64,000 nucleotides of DNA from a plasmid. A model generated the notes under the pieces. It was not told the origin of the DNA, did not search any database, and saw nothing but the letters and a program-made list of their open reading frames with translations. This document shows positions 63,708 through 64,000 of this stretch, one piece after another (the first letter of the stretch is position 1; the number at the start of each line of letters is the position of its first letter). Made by a program: the position numbers and the translations under genes. The stretch lies in sequence record NZ_CP044080.1; one strand, written 5' to 3'.

Positions 63708-64000
63708 ATGTCATCAGGCAAGGACCCCCTTCCCCCCTATTTCAACATCGACCCCGCCCGGGCCGCGCAGCGCCTGTCCGAGCCGATCGACACCGCCCGA
63801 TTCGCGAGGGCCGCGGCCTTCGCCGCCCGCGGCCGGCAGGACCTGGCCGAGCGCGGCTATGCCCCCGACGGCCGCAAGCGCCTGCGCCGCTTTTCCACAT
63901 GGGAGGTCTGCCGCTACCTGATCCCGGTCGCGCCCGCCCATTTCCGCCGGGTGCTGCTCAGGAACCCCGACCTGCCCCAGGGCCAGGGCGAGGGCAATTC
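63708..64000 (+). CDS. parA: ParA-family partition ATPase, 5-prime fragment that continues beyond the window
   Basis: ATG at 63708 with GAGG/AGGA upstream. The N-terminal extension ...RKRLRRFSTWEVCRYLIPVAPAHFRR... resembles the N-termini of plasmid ParA/RepA(repABC) partition proteins. The reading frame is open to the window edge. Confidence 0.5.
   Translation, partial: MSSGKDPLPPYFNIDPARAAQRLSEPIDTARFARAAAFAARGRQDLAERGYAPDGRKRLRRFSTWEVCRYLIPVAPAHFRRVLLRNPDLPQGQGEGN

Overview
This is a high-GC (roughly 65-68%) alphaproteobacterial window, most likely Rhodobacteraceae/Paracoccus-like. It is probably part of a plasmid or chromid, because the right end carries a RepA-type replication initiator, an iteron and inverted-repeat origin region, and the start of a parA gene. 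Coding is dense on both strands and many adjacent genes share ATGA or GTGA stop/start overlaps, which suggests translational coupling. From left to right the window contains: (1) a LuxR-type regulator divergent from a three-gene hemoprotein operon made of a secreted di-heme c-type cytochrome, a mini catalase-related hemoprotein and a cyclooxygenase-like heme dioxygenase. I consider this a putative, undescribed bacterial oxylipin or lipid-hydroperoxide system and the most unusual content here; (2) two small DUF proteins; (3) glgX-glgC without glgA/glgB, downstream of a glycosyltransferase cluster (GT4, a GT2-GT4 fusion, a pyruvyl-transferase-like gene and three uncharacterised ORFs); (4) a non-heme haloperoxidase; (5) a radical-SAM plus DUF4130/UDG-like DNA-repair gene pair preceded by a GTTCN7GTTC alphaproteobacterial SOS box; (6) a TetR-like regulator; (7) a complete myo-inositol catabolic cluster (iolB, iolE, iolD, iolC, oxidoreductases, iolG, two isomerases, an ABC transporter and a LacI regulator whose two flanking promoters share a ~27-nt operator-like motif); (8) a PACE efflux protein with a divergent LysR; (9) an AraC regulator, a TonB-dependent receptor and FecBCDE-type siderophore uptake genes; (10) an L-fucose-type non-phosphorylative sugar-acid pathway with an ABC transporter and an IclR regulator; (11) two hypothetical ORFs and an Orn/Lys/Arg decarboxylase; (12) a sucrose-phosphate-synthase-like GT-HAD fusion and a GT4; (13) repA, the origin repeats and parA. 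I did not detect any rRNA, tRNA, CRISPR array, transposase or integrase.
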